Source: Callorhinchus milii (taxonomy: Eukaryota). Taken from it: a stretch of DNA of 64,000 nucleotides. Position 1 is the first letter of the stretch. The number at the start of each line of letters is the position of its first letter. Both the position numbers and the translations under genes were made by a program. Of this stretch, positions 51,060 to 64,000 are shown in pieces. The notes beneath the pieces were generated by a model that was not told the origin of the DNA, made no database searches, and worked only from the letters and a program-made list of their open reading frames with translations. The DNA is taken from positions 2,296,001 through 2,360,000 of the forward strand of contig NW_024704743.1 of the NCBI RefSeq assembly GCF_018977255.1, read 5' to 3'.

Positions 51060-51445
51060 GAATAAAATTATACAGCAGAGGAGGAGGTCAGTCGGCCCAT
51101 CGTATCTGTGCTGCTCTTTGAAAAGACCTTCCGAATCAACCCCACTCCCCCGCACTCTCCCCATAACCCTGATCAACCCCACTCCCCCGCGCTCTCTCCA
51201 TAGCCCTGATCAACCGCACTCCCCCACTCTCTCCCCATAGCCCTGGTCAACCCCACTCCCCCGCTCTCTCCCCATAGCCCTGATCAACCCCACTCCCCCG
51301 CTCTCTCCCCATAGCCCTGATCAACCCCACTCCCCCACTCTCTCCTCATAGCCCTGAAAACTTGTTCTCCCTAAATAATCATCTACTTCTCTCTTAAAAG
51401 TTGTGATTGAATCGGCTCCCACCAGCCTTTCCTGCCGTGTATCTT
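51060..51445 (-). mobile_element. CR1 3' end containing a ~37-bp tandem repeat (about 6 units)
   Basis: GGTCAGTCGGCCCATCG CR1 hairpin; ATCAACCCCACTCCCCCGCTCTCTCCCCATAGCCCTG repeated across 51135-51357. Confidence 0.8.
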
Positions 51446-52502
51446 ATACCCAGGTACACAGCAGGAAACCTGCCCTCACTCACTCACGACTGACGGCTGA
51501 ATATAATACCTTTGACTGAGCAACTTAATTGCTTGTTCCTGAGTGTTATTGGTGACATGATAATTATGGATATTCTATTCACCTGCGCAAACCCCCTTCT
51601 GTGGATAAAAAGCAAAATGAGCATTAATGAGCATGAGATTGATTTCACACCGTTCGATTAGAAAGCAGGGCTCCCTTTGATAACGTTTTACGGTGAAGCA
51701 GACGAGAGACAAAGTGGCCCGGCAGGACTTTGAAGCGATGCAATTGGAATATTGTTTTTAGAGAATGTAAGTCTATTATCATCTGGTGATTGTATAGTAA
51801 TCATTTTGCCTAAACAATACTGAAAAAAAAGTGCTTAGAGCACCGTACTTTTACAGAATCTAAATGGACAGCTTGCACAGCTGGCTCAGAAGATATGGCA
51901 GCCCTCACTTTGTGAACAGTTTCCCCGAGTTTCTCTTGCGAGGAGAGTTTCTCCATTAGACGTGGACTATTTACTTTGCCTGTGACCACTTTTAAGACTT
52001 CACTATTCGAACGTTACAATTTTTTTTCGCTGAAACTGCCTCAAAACATCATTCGAATGTTCCCGGGTCATGTCCTGTCATCTTTATTTCAATTCAGTTT
52101 TTTCTTTATTTTTAAATTAGCTTTTTTTTTTCCTGGTATAAGTCTGTTATAACCTGCTGGGTGTAAATGGCCGCCACAAAATACAGTCACTACACTTTAC
52201 AGTATATTCTGTGCAGCGCTTTGAGATGTCTCAACGACACAATAAGGCGCTATATCAAGTGCGAGGATTATTGTTATTATTATTAAATGACATTAAACCT
52301 CATGCAATAGCAGTGTATACTGAGTCTTATCTACACTTCCAAACCTCTTGGCTTGCATTTGCAATATTTTAAATATTACAGACTTTTTATATATGCTTTC
52401 ACATAAAATATAAGGAAATAATGGAACACGGTAAGAGTACAAGACCTGAAGGAACTCGATTCTAACACAACCTACTTCCTGAACGGGTTTCCCATGGGCC
52501 TG

Positions 52503-52902
52503 TAATAATAATAATCCCGGCATTTGATACAGCGCCTTATCACGTCTTCGAGACGTCTCAAAGCGCTTCACAGGATACACTGTAAAATGAACTGACTGAA
52601 TATTTCGTGGGTGGAACATGGCAACGTCCCCACAAACAGCCGTGGATTGAGTGACTAAATTATTTTTATTTTTAAATTATTTTTATTTATTTTGCAGGAA
52701 TTATTACCTTCAGTGAAGCGATCGCCAATCGACTAACAACCGGGTTCCTACTGACTGCGGGTAAACAGAGCCGTGTGTGTGTGTGTGTGTGTGTGTGGAG
52801 TGAGGAAACTTGCCCAACGTCTAGCCCTGACCCGCCCGGGAATCGAACCCAAGTCCTCTCGCTTGCGAGGCGAGAGCTCTAACCCCTGAGCTCCAGGATC
52901 CC
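52503..52902 (-). mobile_element. Full-length SINE
   Basis: All modules present. Confidence 0.9.
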
Positions 52903-53759
52903 TGTGATTTCTCTGTATGGTACAGCTAGTTATTGGCTATTAAAGGATACCCGTGTGCAGTTCAGTAGAACCTGTATATTATATATTGTGCATATCATGT
53001 GGACTGAAATGTTCCGCCTTTTTTCTTAAATGACACGTGTAACCTTTTGTCTTTAAAATTGTAGACACTACATTTTTAGTCACTACAGATTTTTGCACTG
53101 AAGCCCCAAACCATTTCGTTCATAAACTTTGGACAGTTGAGTCTAATCATCAATTTAGTTCTTTGAAAACCAATAGACAAATACAATTCAAGTTTGTTTT
53201 GATGTTCCTGTATCTACGTTCAATTCATTATCAAATACTTATTTCCTTCTCATCTTTAAAGTGGGTTCGGAAGCTGTTTGGTAAACCTAACAGTGGAAAT
53301 GAAGTACCAGGTGTTAAAACAAGACTTCCATTGTTTTTACCCAAGAAACAACTTATATTCAAAGGTTTTGCAACTCTAGTTCTGTTCACTAATCTGGAAA
53401 GCTGAGGCAAAATCAACAGAACAACGTAAGCTCAATACTGCAACAATTAACTTACTCAAATACCAGTGTAGCTTTGAAACTCGGACATTCAGACTAACAC
53501 TTTTAAAATAAATACAAAACCCTCCGTTTGAAATGAATTTCAAAACGTCGTTGTCACTTGTTTCATCCTTTACATTGACTTGTTCCTTCTCTCTCATTTT
53601 TTTTGGTCAGACTTTGTTTTTGTCTGTGTTCTAACTATTCTATCTATTTTACAGTGACCCAACTTCAACTTTGCTTTTGCTTTCCTCCAACTTATCACAT
53701 TCCCCTTTGTAAATTGGGGACATCTATTTCGTTGCAAGTAATTTTTCTGACAGGCCAGT

Positions 53760-54147
53760 TAATAATAATAATAATCCTGGCATTTGATACAGCGCCTTAT
53801 CACGTCTTCGAGACGTCTCAAAGCGCTTCACAGGATACACTGTAAAGTGAATTGACTGTATATTTTGTGGGCGAAACGCGGCAGCCGATTGCGCACAGCA
53901 GCGTCCCCACAAACAGCCGCGGGTTGAGTCACCAAATTATTATTATTCATTTTGAAGGGATTATTCCCCCCAGAAAAGCGATCCGCCAATCGACTAACAA
54001 CCGGGTTCCTATTTACTGCCGGTAAACAGAGGTGTGTGTGTGTGTGTGGAGTGAGGAAACTTGCCCGATGTCTCGCCCTGACCTGCCCGGGAATCGAACC
54101 CCGGTCCTCTCGCTCGCGAGGCGAGGGCTCTAACCCCTGAGCTACAG
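53760..54147 (-). mobile_element. Full-length, very consensus-like SINE
   Basis: All modules present with intact A/B boxes. Confidence 0.93.
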
Positions 54148-54795
54148 TTTCCTGTCGCTGCCACTCGGGTTGCTTCCAATTCCATATCAGTCAACTATTA
54201 AATGTAACTATTAATTGCTTGTGCAGGACTTTATTATTTTTTACCAAAAAAAACCCCTGCGCTATTTGTTGATGTCCTAATTGAATATAAATGGACATTC
54301 TCATCAACGAGGACTTTCAGGTGTGCCTGAATTGTAATGAAACCCTCCTCTTTGATCTCTTACCCAAATTATGAAGATCTTTAAAAAGAGGAGAGAGTGA
54401 GATCCTACACTCTCGAAAGATCTATGTTTATCAACTCTATTTGAATATTTGCCGGCAATAACTGGATACCCGGGGACCTGATGTAATTCGGGCTCAAGAC
54501 ACATTTGCATGTGAAGTGCAAACCTTCTGAAGTATAGAAAGAGCCCAGTTGTTTGTGCCGGAGCTGTTCAATCTACATTCGAGTTACCGTTAAATCAAAG
54601 GAAATAGAAGACAGTTCAAATCGCTTGTTAGGCAGTAATTACCCTTTTAAGTAACACCTTAGTCTTTGGATTCCTTTATGTCTCTCTCGGCTACTCTGCT
54701 CTAAACAACAGCCCTCGTGGTGCCTGAGACATCTTCCCACAACTGCAATTACCCTGGGAGGCTCGTATTGTCAAGAGAGTGAACGCCTCGCAAAG

Positions 54796-54909
54796 TCTCT
54801 TCAGCTCCTTTTGTGAAGCTGGACAAGACACCACATCTCCTCTCCTTTGCAACAGGGAGGAAATGTGGTGTCTTGTCCAGCTTCACAAAAGCGAGGCTGT
54901 TTCAGAAGA
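54796..54909. other. Unique long hairpin (perfect 29-bp stem); candidate pre-miRNA, structured RNA or MITE relic
   Basis: 54808-54836 CTTTTGTGAAGCTGGACAAGACACCACAT is the exact reverse complement of 54863-54891; pairing extends imperfectly inward and outward. Confidence 0.6.
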
Positions 54910-55729
54910 GAGGGAGAGACGCGTTCTCGGTGGAAAGATACAGCCTGACTGCAGCGCTAATAAACCATCAAAGATCCACAAAGAAATGGTAAAAGCAACC
55001 TTCACTCCCAAACGGAAAGCTAATTGGAATCTTTGAAGGGAAATTGTATTTATCTATACTTATAACACTATCCATTATTATGAATGGCACAATTACAGTG
55101 ACAGCAGTTGCTGTATTAATGTGTCTCAATGACACGGCTCGGATAATGTTCTTTTTTTTTAACTGTTTTTTTTTAAAATCAATAAAAACCGCAGTAGGGA
55201 AGTTCCATCGGTGGCCGAGGTTGACTCTGTGCGTGTGAAACATTTCAGAATTTGGCAAATTGTTGGATTCACCCCGTCTTACCCCGAAACCCTGTCCCCC
55301 ACACACTCCCTCCGTCCCTCCCTCCACCTCGTCCCTTTCCTTCCCCATTCTTCATCTTCGACCAGTGCCTCCCCTCCCACCTCCCCTCCCCTACCCGGCT
55401 CCGCCACTGCCCTGGGACGCCACCCTGTGTGTGTGGGGGTGGGTGGATTGTGTAAATGCAAGTTGTCACTGTTGTTAATTTTATGAAACATCATGAAAAT
55501 GTTTGAGGCGTTCAAGGATGAAAGGGCAGTTTGCTAACTCTTCAATTGAAGAAGATTCAGTTATGACCCTCTCGGGATAAACTTTTTCCCGGTATAATTG
55601 CAGAATTTTGGAAGCACTCGCTCGGTTGATTAATTTTTCAAACCGACGCGAAGGGGGAAATGTTCTTTTTTTTTTGCCCGAGCAAACATTATTTCAAATT
55701 GCGTGCTGTTACCAGCATCGAAAGTGTAA

Positions 55730-55920
55730 GAAATATAATCCTTGCCATTACTGGAGAGCCTCATCACATTGTCAAAACATCTCAAAGCTCTGCACATCAT
55801 TTCTGCAAAGTGGTAGTGGATTTGTATGTGTAGGTAAATGCGCACACAGCAGCGTTCCACAAACGACCGTGAAGTGTGCCGCCAATTTTATCCGGAGGAT
55901 TATTGGCCAGGACATCTTTC
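55730..55920 (-). mobile_element. Decayed DeuSINE 3' part
   Basis: GGAGGATTATTGGCCAGGACA plus tail motifs. Confidence 0.6.
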
Positions 55921-56104
55921 TCTGCATCCCTCTACTGACCAAGCTCCAGTGGTTTCTTGTCACCAAATGGATTGACTACAAAGTAGTCACCCTCATAGAC
56001 AAATCCCCCCCTCCGTACCCTTGAACCTCCCCATCACTCTGATCTGCTCAGACCCCCAACTCGCCCCTCAGCTCAGCTAACACATCCCCACTCCTCCTCT
56101 CACT

Positions 56105-56197
56105 ATGGGCCCAATGTCTCGCCCCGACCTGCCCGGGAATCAAAGCCGGGTCCGCTCGCCTGCGAGGCGAGTGCTCTAACCCCTGAGCTACGGGACT
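56105..56197 (-). mobile_element. Solo SINE tRNA head
   Basis: Reverse complement of GAGTCCCGTAGCTCAGGGGTTAGAGCACTCGCCTCGC. Confidence 0.85.
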
Positions 56198-57569
56198 CTT
56201 GCAGGATAAACACAAGTTGTTGCTGGGATGTTAGGTTAGGCAATAAATATATTATAATTAAAACAGCGAATATAAGTGGGAAAAGAAGAGAAAGCATCAG
56301 GGGAAAAGAGACAGTAGACACAGCAGACATGAAACATTTAATTTTGTTGTTTAAATTTCACGTTGGATGCTGATTTCTGAGAATCAAGAGTTGTTATCAT
56401 AGGAATGAACTTTTCCTGAGATTTTCTTCAAAGTTACAGTGTGTGAGCTGAGAAGTTATGAAATGGACCAGCCTAGTATAATCTCCCTGTTGCCCCCAGG
56501 AAAACGTCCTAAATGCCTTTACTTCAAGTTCAGAACTCTCAATTAGTACGTGTTGTTGGAGGAACATAAAAACATTAAAAAAAAACCTTGTACATTAGTA
56601 TTGTCTGGAGGCAAGGGATGTAATCCCTTAAAAAAAGAATGTAGTCACTCAACCCACGGCTGTTTGTGGGGACGCTGCTGTGCGCAATCGGCTGCTGCTT
56701 TTCGTCCACAAAATATACAGTCAACTCGCTTTACAGTGTATCCTGTGCAGCGCTTTGAGACGTCTCGAAGACGCTGTAAGGCGATATATCAAATGCCAGG
56801 ATTATTATTATTATTATTAATATTATTACACTGGTCAGGCGACAGAAAATCATTTGCAGAATGCACACCACCACTGGAAATGAACAGGAATCTTTGGGGT
56901 TAGGCAGTGCAGCATCTTATCACATCTTCGAGACGTGGGCAACACAGCCCTGATTATCCTTTGGTTACTTTTATTATTTCTGGAGTTTTCCTGAATTAAT
57001 CTCGGACAGTGCGATTGTTGCTCACGCCAACGGGGAGAAAGATGAAATAAAAAAAAAACACACAAATATTATACACTGAATGAACGTTAATAACTTGACT
57101 GTTTTTTTGTTGGAAATGAAACTACAGTGGAACGCTGGATATTCACACAGCGACTGTCCCTGTGTCCGGGACTGAGATTTTAATCCAATTTAATTTTCAT
57201 TCTCACTTCGCAGCATTTCGCCTAAACCTCACTCCAAATATCTGACCTAACAAATATCTAGTCCACCTTAGGTAGCGCCTCAGAGCACTTGAACGTCTGT
57301 GGGTATAGGATAACATTGCCCCGTATGATGTATAATGTTGAATGTGCCGGATGCTGTGCCTGCGGTCACCTCCCTCCTACCCTCTATCTATCCGATGTGA
57401 AAGGCGCCATGCAAATGTACTGTTGTTGTTGTTGTTGTTGTTGCTTGGGCTTCTGCTCCATCACCGTGAAGCACTGAGGTCCTCCGCTACAGAAGCTGCC
57501 ACGTAAGCGCCAAACACAAAGAAGATAAAGATAATGAAAGAGATAGAGATAGGTACAGTCAGAGGGTCT

Positions 57570-57795
57570 CGCACACACACGCACACACACGCGCACACAC
57601 ACACACACGCGCACACGCACACACACACACACACACGCGCACATGCACACACACAGACACACGCGCACACACACACACATGCACACACACACACAGACAC
57701 GCACACACACACACACACGCACACACACACAGACACGCACACAGACACACACATACACACACACAGATACACACACACAGACACAGACACAGACT
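57570..57795. repeat. Compound (CA)n/(CACG)n/(CAGA)n microsatellite
   Basis: Directly visible, ~225 bp of mostly alternating purine-pyrimidine. Confidence 0.97.
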
Positions 57796-59914
57796 GCCTC
57801 CTGTGACGACACGGTGTGTCTCCCCCGCATCTCAGTGTCATCTTCGAATCTTACACCGGATGTTCGGGCAAAACTGTCATTCTAACAATAACAATGACAA
57901 TAACAATAATAATAATAATAATCCTGGCATTTGATTCAGCGCCTGATCACACCTTCGCGACGTCTCAAAGCGCTTCACGGGATACACGGTGAAGCAAACC
58001 GACTGCAGATTTTGTGGGTGAAACGTGGGCCACAGCCAATTGTGCTCCACTAGTGAGTCTCGTTTGCTCATTTCTAAACCTACGGGGGGTGAAAATTGTG
58101 ACGGGTGACGTTCTGCCAACCTCAATGGAAAAGGCAATTAGTCGGTGTGATGATGATTGACTGGTTGCTTTCAGTGCAGCGAGCTAATTTGCCGTTAAAC
58201 AACCTGCTTAAAGTTTAACTGCTCTGTGTATCATTAAAATATTTGCGTTGGGGACACACGCTGTAACTTTTAACAGTGTTGCAGGCTCAACGTTTCTTCC
58301 TTCGTCTTTTCACAATTTCAACCGCATTAAACTGAAACCATTCTGGAGGTTCCTCACCGCCAACTAAACCCGCAACGAAACTGAGCCCAGGATCGGAAAT
58401 GTTTCTACAAACCGATCGACGCGAACGAAGCAGCTCACTTCCCCGCGCAAAACAAAACTTCTTCAGTAATAATAATTTCCTTTCAGAAACGCCACTATTT
58501 TGGGCCACTCTCCTGTGCCCGATTGGCTGCCGTATTTCGCCCACACGATACGCGCCCTCTAATCTATTCCGTGAAGCGCTGTGAGACGTCTCAACGGCAT
58601 GACTGAGCCGCTAATATTAAATGCAAAGGGTATTATTAAACCGTATTGGAGAGGCGTAAAAAGGAACTGGTGGGACAGAAAGGACCAAAGTTGGGACAAA
58701 GCAACTGATTGCAGCACCTTGGACAGGTAGAGGGCAGGTTGGAAGTGAGTTGGAAAGTATGGAGGAGTTTAATGAGGTTATTTTGAAGAGGGGGATGATG
58801 ACAATAATAATAATAATAATAATCCTGGCATTTGATACGGCGCCTTATCACGTCTTCGAGACGTCTCAAAGCGCTTCACAGGACATACTGTAAAGTGCAG
58901 TGACTGTGTATTTTGCAATTCTCGGACCCATTGAAGGTTATCATTTTCTTTTCTGATAATCTGCTCAATGTCTAATGGAGTTAGTTAATGTTGATTTAAT
59001 GGGGAAGAACTATGAACTATTAAGTGCTGGAAAAATGCAAACAAATCTGACTTGTAGTGGTTCCATTCTCTCTCTCTTTCTATTCAGCCTTTATTCCACT
59101 GTTTGAAAACTTTAGGATTCCTTGTTATTGGGGTCTACAGGGTTGAGTTAATCGCCCTTCAGGTTGACCAGGTTTAAACACATAAAACCATCTTAATTAT
59201 ATAATTAACTCCAATGAATAGGATAACCGGGGATTCTGCAATTCTTTTCGTTAGTTAATTACATAATTAAGGACATCTGTATGTATTTGAACACAGTTAA
59301 CCCAATGGACTATCAACGCATCCCACACTTTAGACCCAATGACTTTGCTTGATCATGGAAATGCAGACCCCACGCGGGAATCCAGGGCTTATTTCACCCA
59401 CAAAACACACAGTCACTACACTTCGCAGTATACCCTGTGAAGTGCTTTGAGACGTCTCGACGATGTGATAAGGTGCTGTATCAAATACCAGGATTATTAT
59501 TATTATTAATATGTTTAGAACACGTACTTTGTACTTATGTGAGAGCCTCAAATTCCATTCACGATGCAAAGCATTAACTGGAACATCAGTGTGGATAATA
59601 CCTCAGCACAGTGGCCATTATTCAGGGATAAATTCTGTTTTGACAAGCTCCCAGACCAAAGTGACTACCCATTTGTTTAATCTAGCTAAGCCCGAGCCTT
59701 GCCATTAGTTAGCAAGGTATTCAAAAAAAGAATATGTTTTGTTTTCTTATTTGAGAATAGTCTGAGCTGGAAACCAAAGCTCTCCTTTGACTCCTGTGCT
59801 AATTTATGGCTCACAAAAAGCAGCCTTCTCAGGTCGGCAACACTTTAAAGAGGAGAGTAAATAGTGAAACACGACAAATGGCATCTCTACTTGCTGCAAA
59901 TTGCTTGATCAGAG

Positions 59915-60400
59915 CTCTATTCTCTATTGCATTCTCTCTCTCTCCTGTTTCTCGGTCTGATTATTTCTCTCTGTCGTGTTCTCCATCTCTCCTGGCTTTG
60001 TTTCCTATTTCTTTCTCTTGTCACGTTCTGTAACTTCTTTATTCCGTCTCATTTCTTCTCAATCTGCCTCATTCCCTCTAACTCCATTTCATTTTCTCTA
60101 CGTCTTATTCCTCACGGCTGCTTTTTGCTCCGTCTCTCTTCGCCTCATTCTTTGTCTCCTCTCTCTCTCTCTCCGTCACATTCCCTCTTTGTTTTGCTCC
60201 TTGGCTTTTCCCTTTCTCTCGGTCTCGTGTGATCTCTCCCTCTCCCTCTATCTCATTCCATCACAGTCTTTTTCTCTATTTCTGTTTGTATCTCACTCTC
60301 GTTCCTCGTTCTGTCTCAATCTCGTCCTGTGCTTTGTTCTCTATCTCTTTGTCTCATTCTCTTTCACTCTGCCTCACTCTTCTCTTTTTTTCCTGACACT
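59915..60400. repeat. TC-rich low-complexity tract
   Basis: ~480 bp with strong pyrimidine bias on the plus strand. Confidence 0.85.
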
Positions 60401-62974
60401 CTTCAGGACACCAGCAGCAATGCATCTTTTTCTTGGCGAAAAAAAATTAATATTAAGGGGGGGGGAAAAATTCCGCTGCGCTCATCACTACTGCCGTTGA
60501 GAAACTTCCTAGCAAGTCGGGAGTCGTGGGGATCAAAAAATGTCGGGGCCGTTGCTTAAAAGGGACGTGATGGGCAGAACGGCTCAAGCTAATTAATACA
60601 GAAATGTTAGAGGAAGAAATTTCTAAGCGGTGGCACAGATCCAGCGAATGACTGAGCAAACACCGAATCACGTCATGGTTCAACACGACGCTTGCTGGTC
60701 TTGTTTAATGTATGACATAAGTCCTTGACACCCAACTGCGTTGTGATCTCACAGCCTTGCTGGCAGCAGCCGTGGTGACATGGGAAGCAGAAGTGAGCGA
60801 TGTCACCAATCAATTGCATTCGGAAAATGGCAGTTTACTTGGGAGACGGGGAGGTAGAGACTGGGGATGAGAGCTGGAGCGGGGCAAAGTCTCTCCGCGG
60901 CTAGAGGGAGACAAACAGCCAGCTCTCCTCGAATTATTAACTTCTATTAGGACCGAGCTAGTAACAAATAATATTAAGGTGGTCACTCGATCCCCGGCTG
61001 TTTGTGGGGACGCTGCTGTGCGCAATTGGCTGCCACGTTTCGCCCACAGAATACACAGTTGATTCACTTTACAGAAGCGCTTTGAGACGTCTCAAAGACG
61101 TGTTAAGGCGCTGTATCAAATGCAAGGATTATTATTATTATTATTATAGGGTCCTGAGTTACTGACTGAACAAAGATTTCTGTCTGTCTCACCACTTCCT
61201 GCCTCTACAGTTTACTCCAACCCTTTTCTCTTACCTTACTGTCTGCTTTTATCATCTATTTATCCTCCATCTCACCCTCTGTTACACCCACAGTGGCCAA
61301 GTATTCACCCTCGGCGCTCAGATTCTCTGGAAACGCTCTCTCATAATTATAATCCTTACATTTGAATCCTCCCCAAAATCCTTTTGTCTCGTTCCTTCTT
61401 TTCCTGCCTCGAAAATTATTTTAAAGACACATCTCTTGACCGGACCTTTGTTCAACACCAAGAAATTTCCCTAACTCCCAACTGGAAATCCCAGAGATAG
61501 ATTGCTGGCATGGAATGCACTCTCTCTCTCTCTCTCTCTCCCCGGAGGGATGCACTCTGCTTACCTAATTCTGGAGAGTATTAGGCGCAGGTTGGCGAGA
61601 GCCAAGGCTTTGCTGTGTACGTCGTTGCTGGAGTCCAACCAACTAAAACCGCATGTGCTCGCCATCGATAGCGCTGTCTGGCCAAGCTTTCCCGCTGCTT
61701 GTCCAGCTGGGACCAACCTACCCGTTAGTTAGGGCTTTGGCTGACAGGGTTAACAGGAGCTGAGTGAGGTTCTGACACTGTTGGGCAGGTATGACTTTAA
61801 TGAGCTGGAAATCAGTCATCCTGTGTCAGGCCCACATGGGCTTATAAGCAAACCAGGACTATAAGTGGGAAGAGGTGCCTTATGTCCTGGTCGATTGTAA
61901 TGGCACAATTGTGCAGTAAGTGGGTCCCTATTCAAGCAAACTCTAGTTTCTACCCAAATTATTTGGGAATCAATTGTCTTATTTGTTCTTTGGTCGATAA
62001 AAGAAAGTCCTAATTTTTATACCGCCTCGTGACTTATACTGACATATCAAAGGAGCTGTAGGAATATAAACAAAAAATAAATTGCCCCAGCAAAGCCCCT
62101 CCTAAAACCCAAATTCCTCATTTCACGAAGACCATATAATCCTTTTATTTTCAAATACATGCCATAGCTGCGTTGTTATTCTAACGTAATCTGGTATAAT
62201 TCTTACAACAAGGAGCAAGTTAAACGTGTTCTGTTGAGATGATTTTTAACTGACATCATACTATTGACTAACCCAAAAAGGATTAAAACTGTCAGAATCC
62301 ATCAATTTGTGGGTAATTGTCACACAAAGGACTATTCCGAGTGCCAGCGCTCTTGCTGTAAAACATGCTGTGCTCGTGTTTTGCTTGAAATATAAATTGT
62401 TATTATGCTGATTGGTATCTGGGTAGCTCTGCGAGACAGTGATGGACAAAAATCACGGCTTATCATTGACGTGTGATGCAGTATTATAACTTTTTATCAG
62501 TTTTAACAATACGCAGTCACTACTCTTCAAAGTAACTCCAGAGAAGGTTCTTTCCGACGTTTTGAAGAAGTCATAACACGCGATATCAAATGCAAGACTT
62601 GGTATTATTATGGATTGGAATGGCCCCAGGTCGATAATGTTTGCTTGTCTGAGGGTTAAGAACACAAGAGTCAAGTATTCTGGACGAGAACTCGATTAAG
62701 AAACACATTAGTGACCCAGCCGAAATCTCAGACAATAAAAACAGGTCATTTATGCCACGCAACTATTTCGAACTATTAATCCTGATGTGTTTGAGAAACA
62801 TCGGGTCTTAATGTGTTGCTAAAAAGGAGTGCTTTTGGCCTATTGCTCCCACAGCTGTAGATTCGCTCTGTTTACGGAGCATTTCAGAGCTTCCAAAGTT
62901 TGGCCAATCGTTAAGTTCAGTCTTAACTTTCAAGTCACTTTTCTGTACTTCAAAAAAACTTAGTCTTTGCTAAG

Positions 62975-63287
62975 CTGAGGGGTCAGCTGCATTGTCAGAG
63001 GAGCCGTCCTTCAGATGAGACATTAAACTGAGATCCCATCGGCCTGACTAAGGGGATGTTAAAGATCCCGTAGCGCTATTCGAAAAGAGAAGGGATTTTC
63101 TCCCAGTGTCCTGGCCAACAATCCCACACATTAAAAAACAATCCACGGCTGTTTGTGGGGTCGCTGCTGGTCGCAATTGGCTGCCGTATTTCGCCCACGC
63201 AACTCAGTCACTACACTTTACAGTGAAGCGCTTTGAGACGTCTCGATAAGGCGCTGTGCCAAATGCCAGGATTATTATTGTTATTGA
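62975..63287 (+). mobile_element. DeuSINE (Deu domain plus shared tail)
   Basis: CTTCAGATGAGACATTAAAC...GATGTTAAAGATCCCGTAGCGCTATTCGAA...GTGTCCTGGCCAACAATCCC plus tail. Confidence 0.8.
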
Positions 63288-64000
63288 TTTCCTTCTGGGT
63301 AAAGAATTGTTTCACGGTGTTTATCTTCGACTTGCCTTGTAACCCGGGGGTCGATCTGCACCATCTTGCTTTGCTGTCTGAGAGTATTTCGAGGCACGGT
63401 ATTCTCAGCGCTCTGGGACGCTACCCTGCTTGAGGGGTGCTGGATAAATACAAGTTGTTGTTTGTCTTCTTCTGGATCCTGCACATCTCTACAGGGTCCA
63501 CTCTTAAGAACTACAGAAAAACAACTTCAAAGTTCAGACTGAATTCAACAGTTTGCCAAGTTCTGGGCAGTCTGAAATGTCACCCGAATAAAATAACATA
63601 ATAATAATAAAATAAATCTGGACTCCCAATCTTGTTTTATTTCTGCTGGTTCAAACTCCCGCATCTACCTTTACGAACCTACGCGATTCTCCTCCGCAGG
63701 AGGCGACGTAAAATAATAAACGCGAGGATTATTATTATTATATATTATTAAACATGGGTCCAACCAGATATATAAAATACATGCATAAATACACGTATCA
63801 CTAAAAAAATATATTTAAAAAGTTCACGTTTTGTATTTCAAAGGTCAAGGGAATTTCTCCTGGTGTCCTGGTCACCAGTCCACCCAATGCAAACGTTGGA
63901 CATTCAGCTCATGGCTGTTTGTGGGACGTCACGAGCCTACGAATACCCAGTCACTACACTTTTTTTTCTCACAGAAAACCCTGTGAAAAGCACCTCTCGG

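Noticed and set aside
51135..51357. CRISPR-like array
   Set aside because: Head-to-tail units without unique spacers, in eukaryotic LINE context
57384..57885. Cys/Val- and His/Thr-rich ORFs
   Set aside because: Microsatellite translation
59927..60500. Hydrophobic membrane-protein-like ORFs
   Set aside because: Translation of TC-rich low-complexity DNA

Overview
Eukaryotic, repeat-rich, apparently non-coding (intronic or intergenic) DNA. The repeat repertoire points to a cartilaginous fish, most likely a holocephalan such as the elephant shark; this is an inference from repeat style. The window is dominated by four repeat classes. (i) Dozens of copies of a young ~400-bp SINE with a tRNA-Ala(CGC)-like head, an internal (CA)n tract, a DeuSINE-type 3' half, an L2-like tail and an (ATT)n end. 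(ii) Older SacSINE1/AmnSINE-like DeuSINEs. (iii) Decayed L2 and CR1 LINE fragments, including one nested CR1 ORF2 remnant. (iv) Micro- and minisatellites. I could not recognise any host protein-coding exon; the supplied ORFs are mostly repeat-derived or chance. The most notable structures are a Penelope-type minimal hammerhead ribozyme core sitting as the loop of a 50-bp near-perfect inverted repeat (~15.1-15.3 kb), a unique perfect 29-bp-stem hairpin (~54.8 kb), a consensus CTCF site (~43.76 kb) and a candidate minus-strand promoter/first exon (~49.0-49.5 kb). There are also several templated or fold-back insertions and repeat-free enhancer-like islands. Repeat boundaries are approximate.
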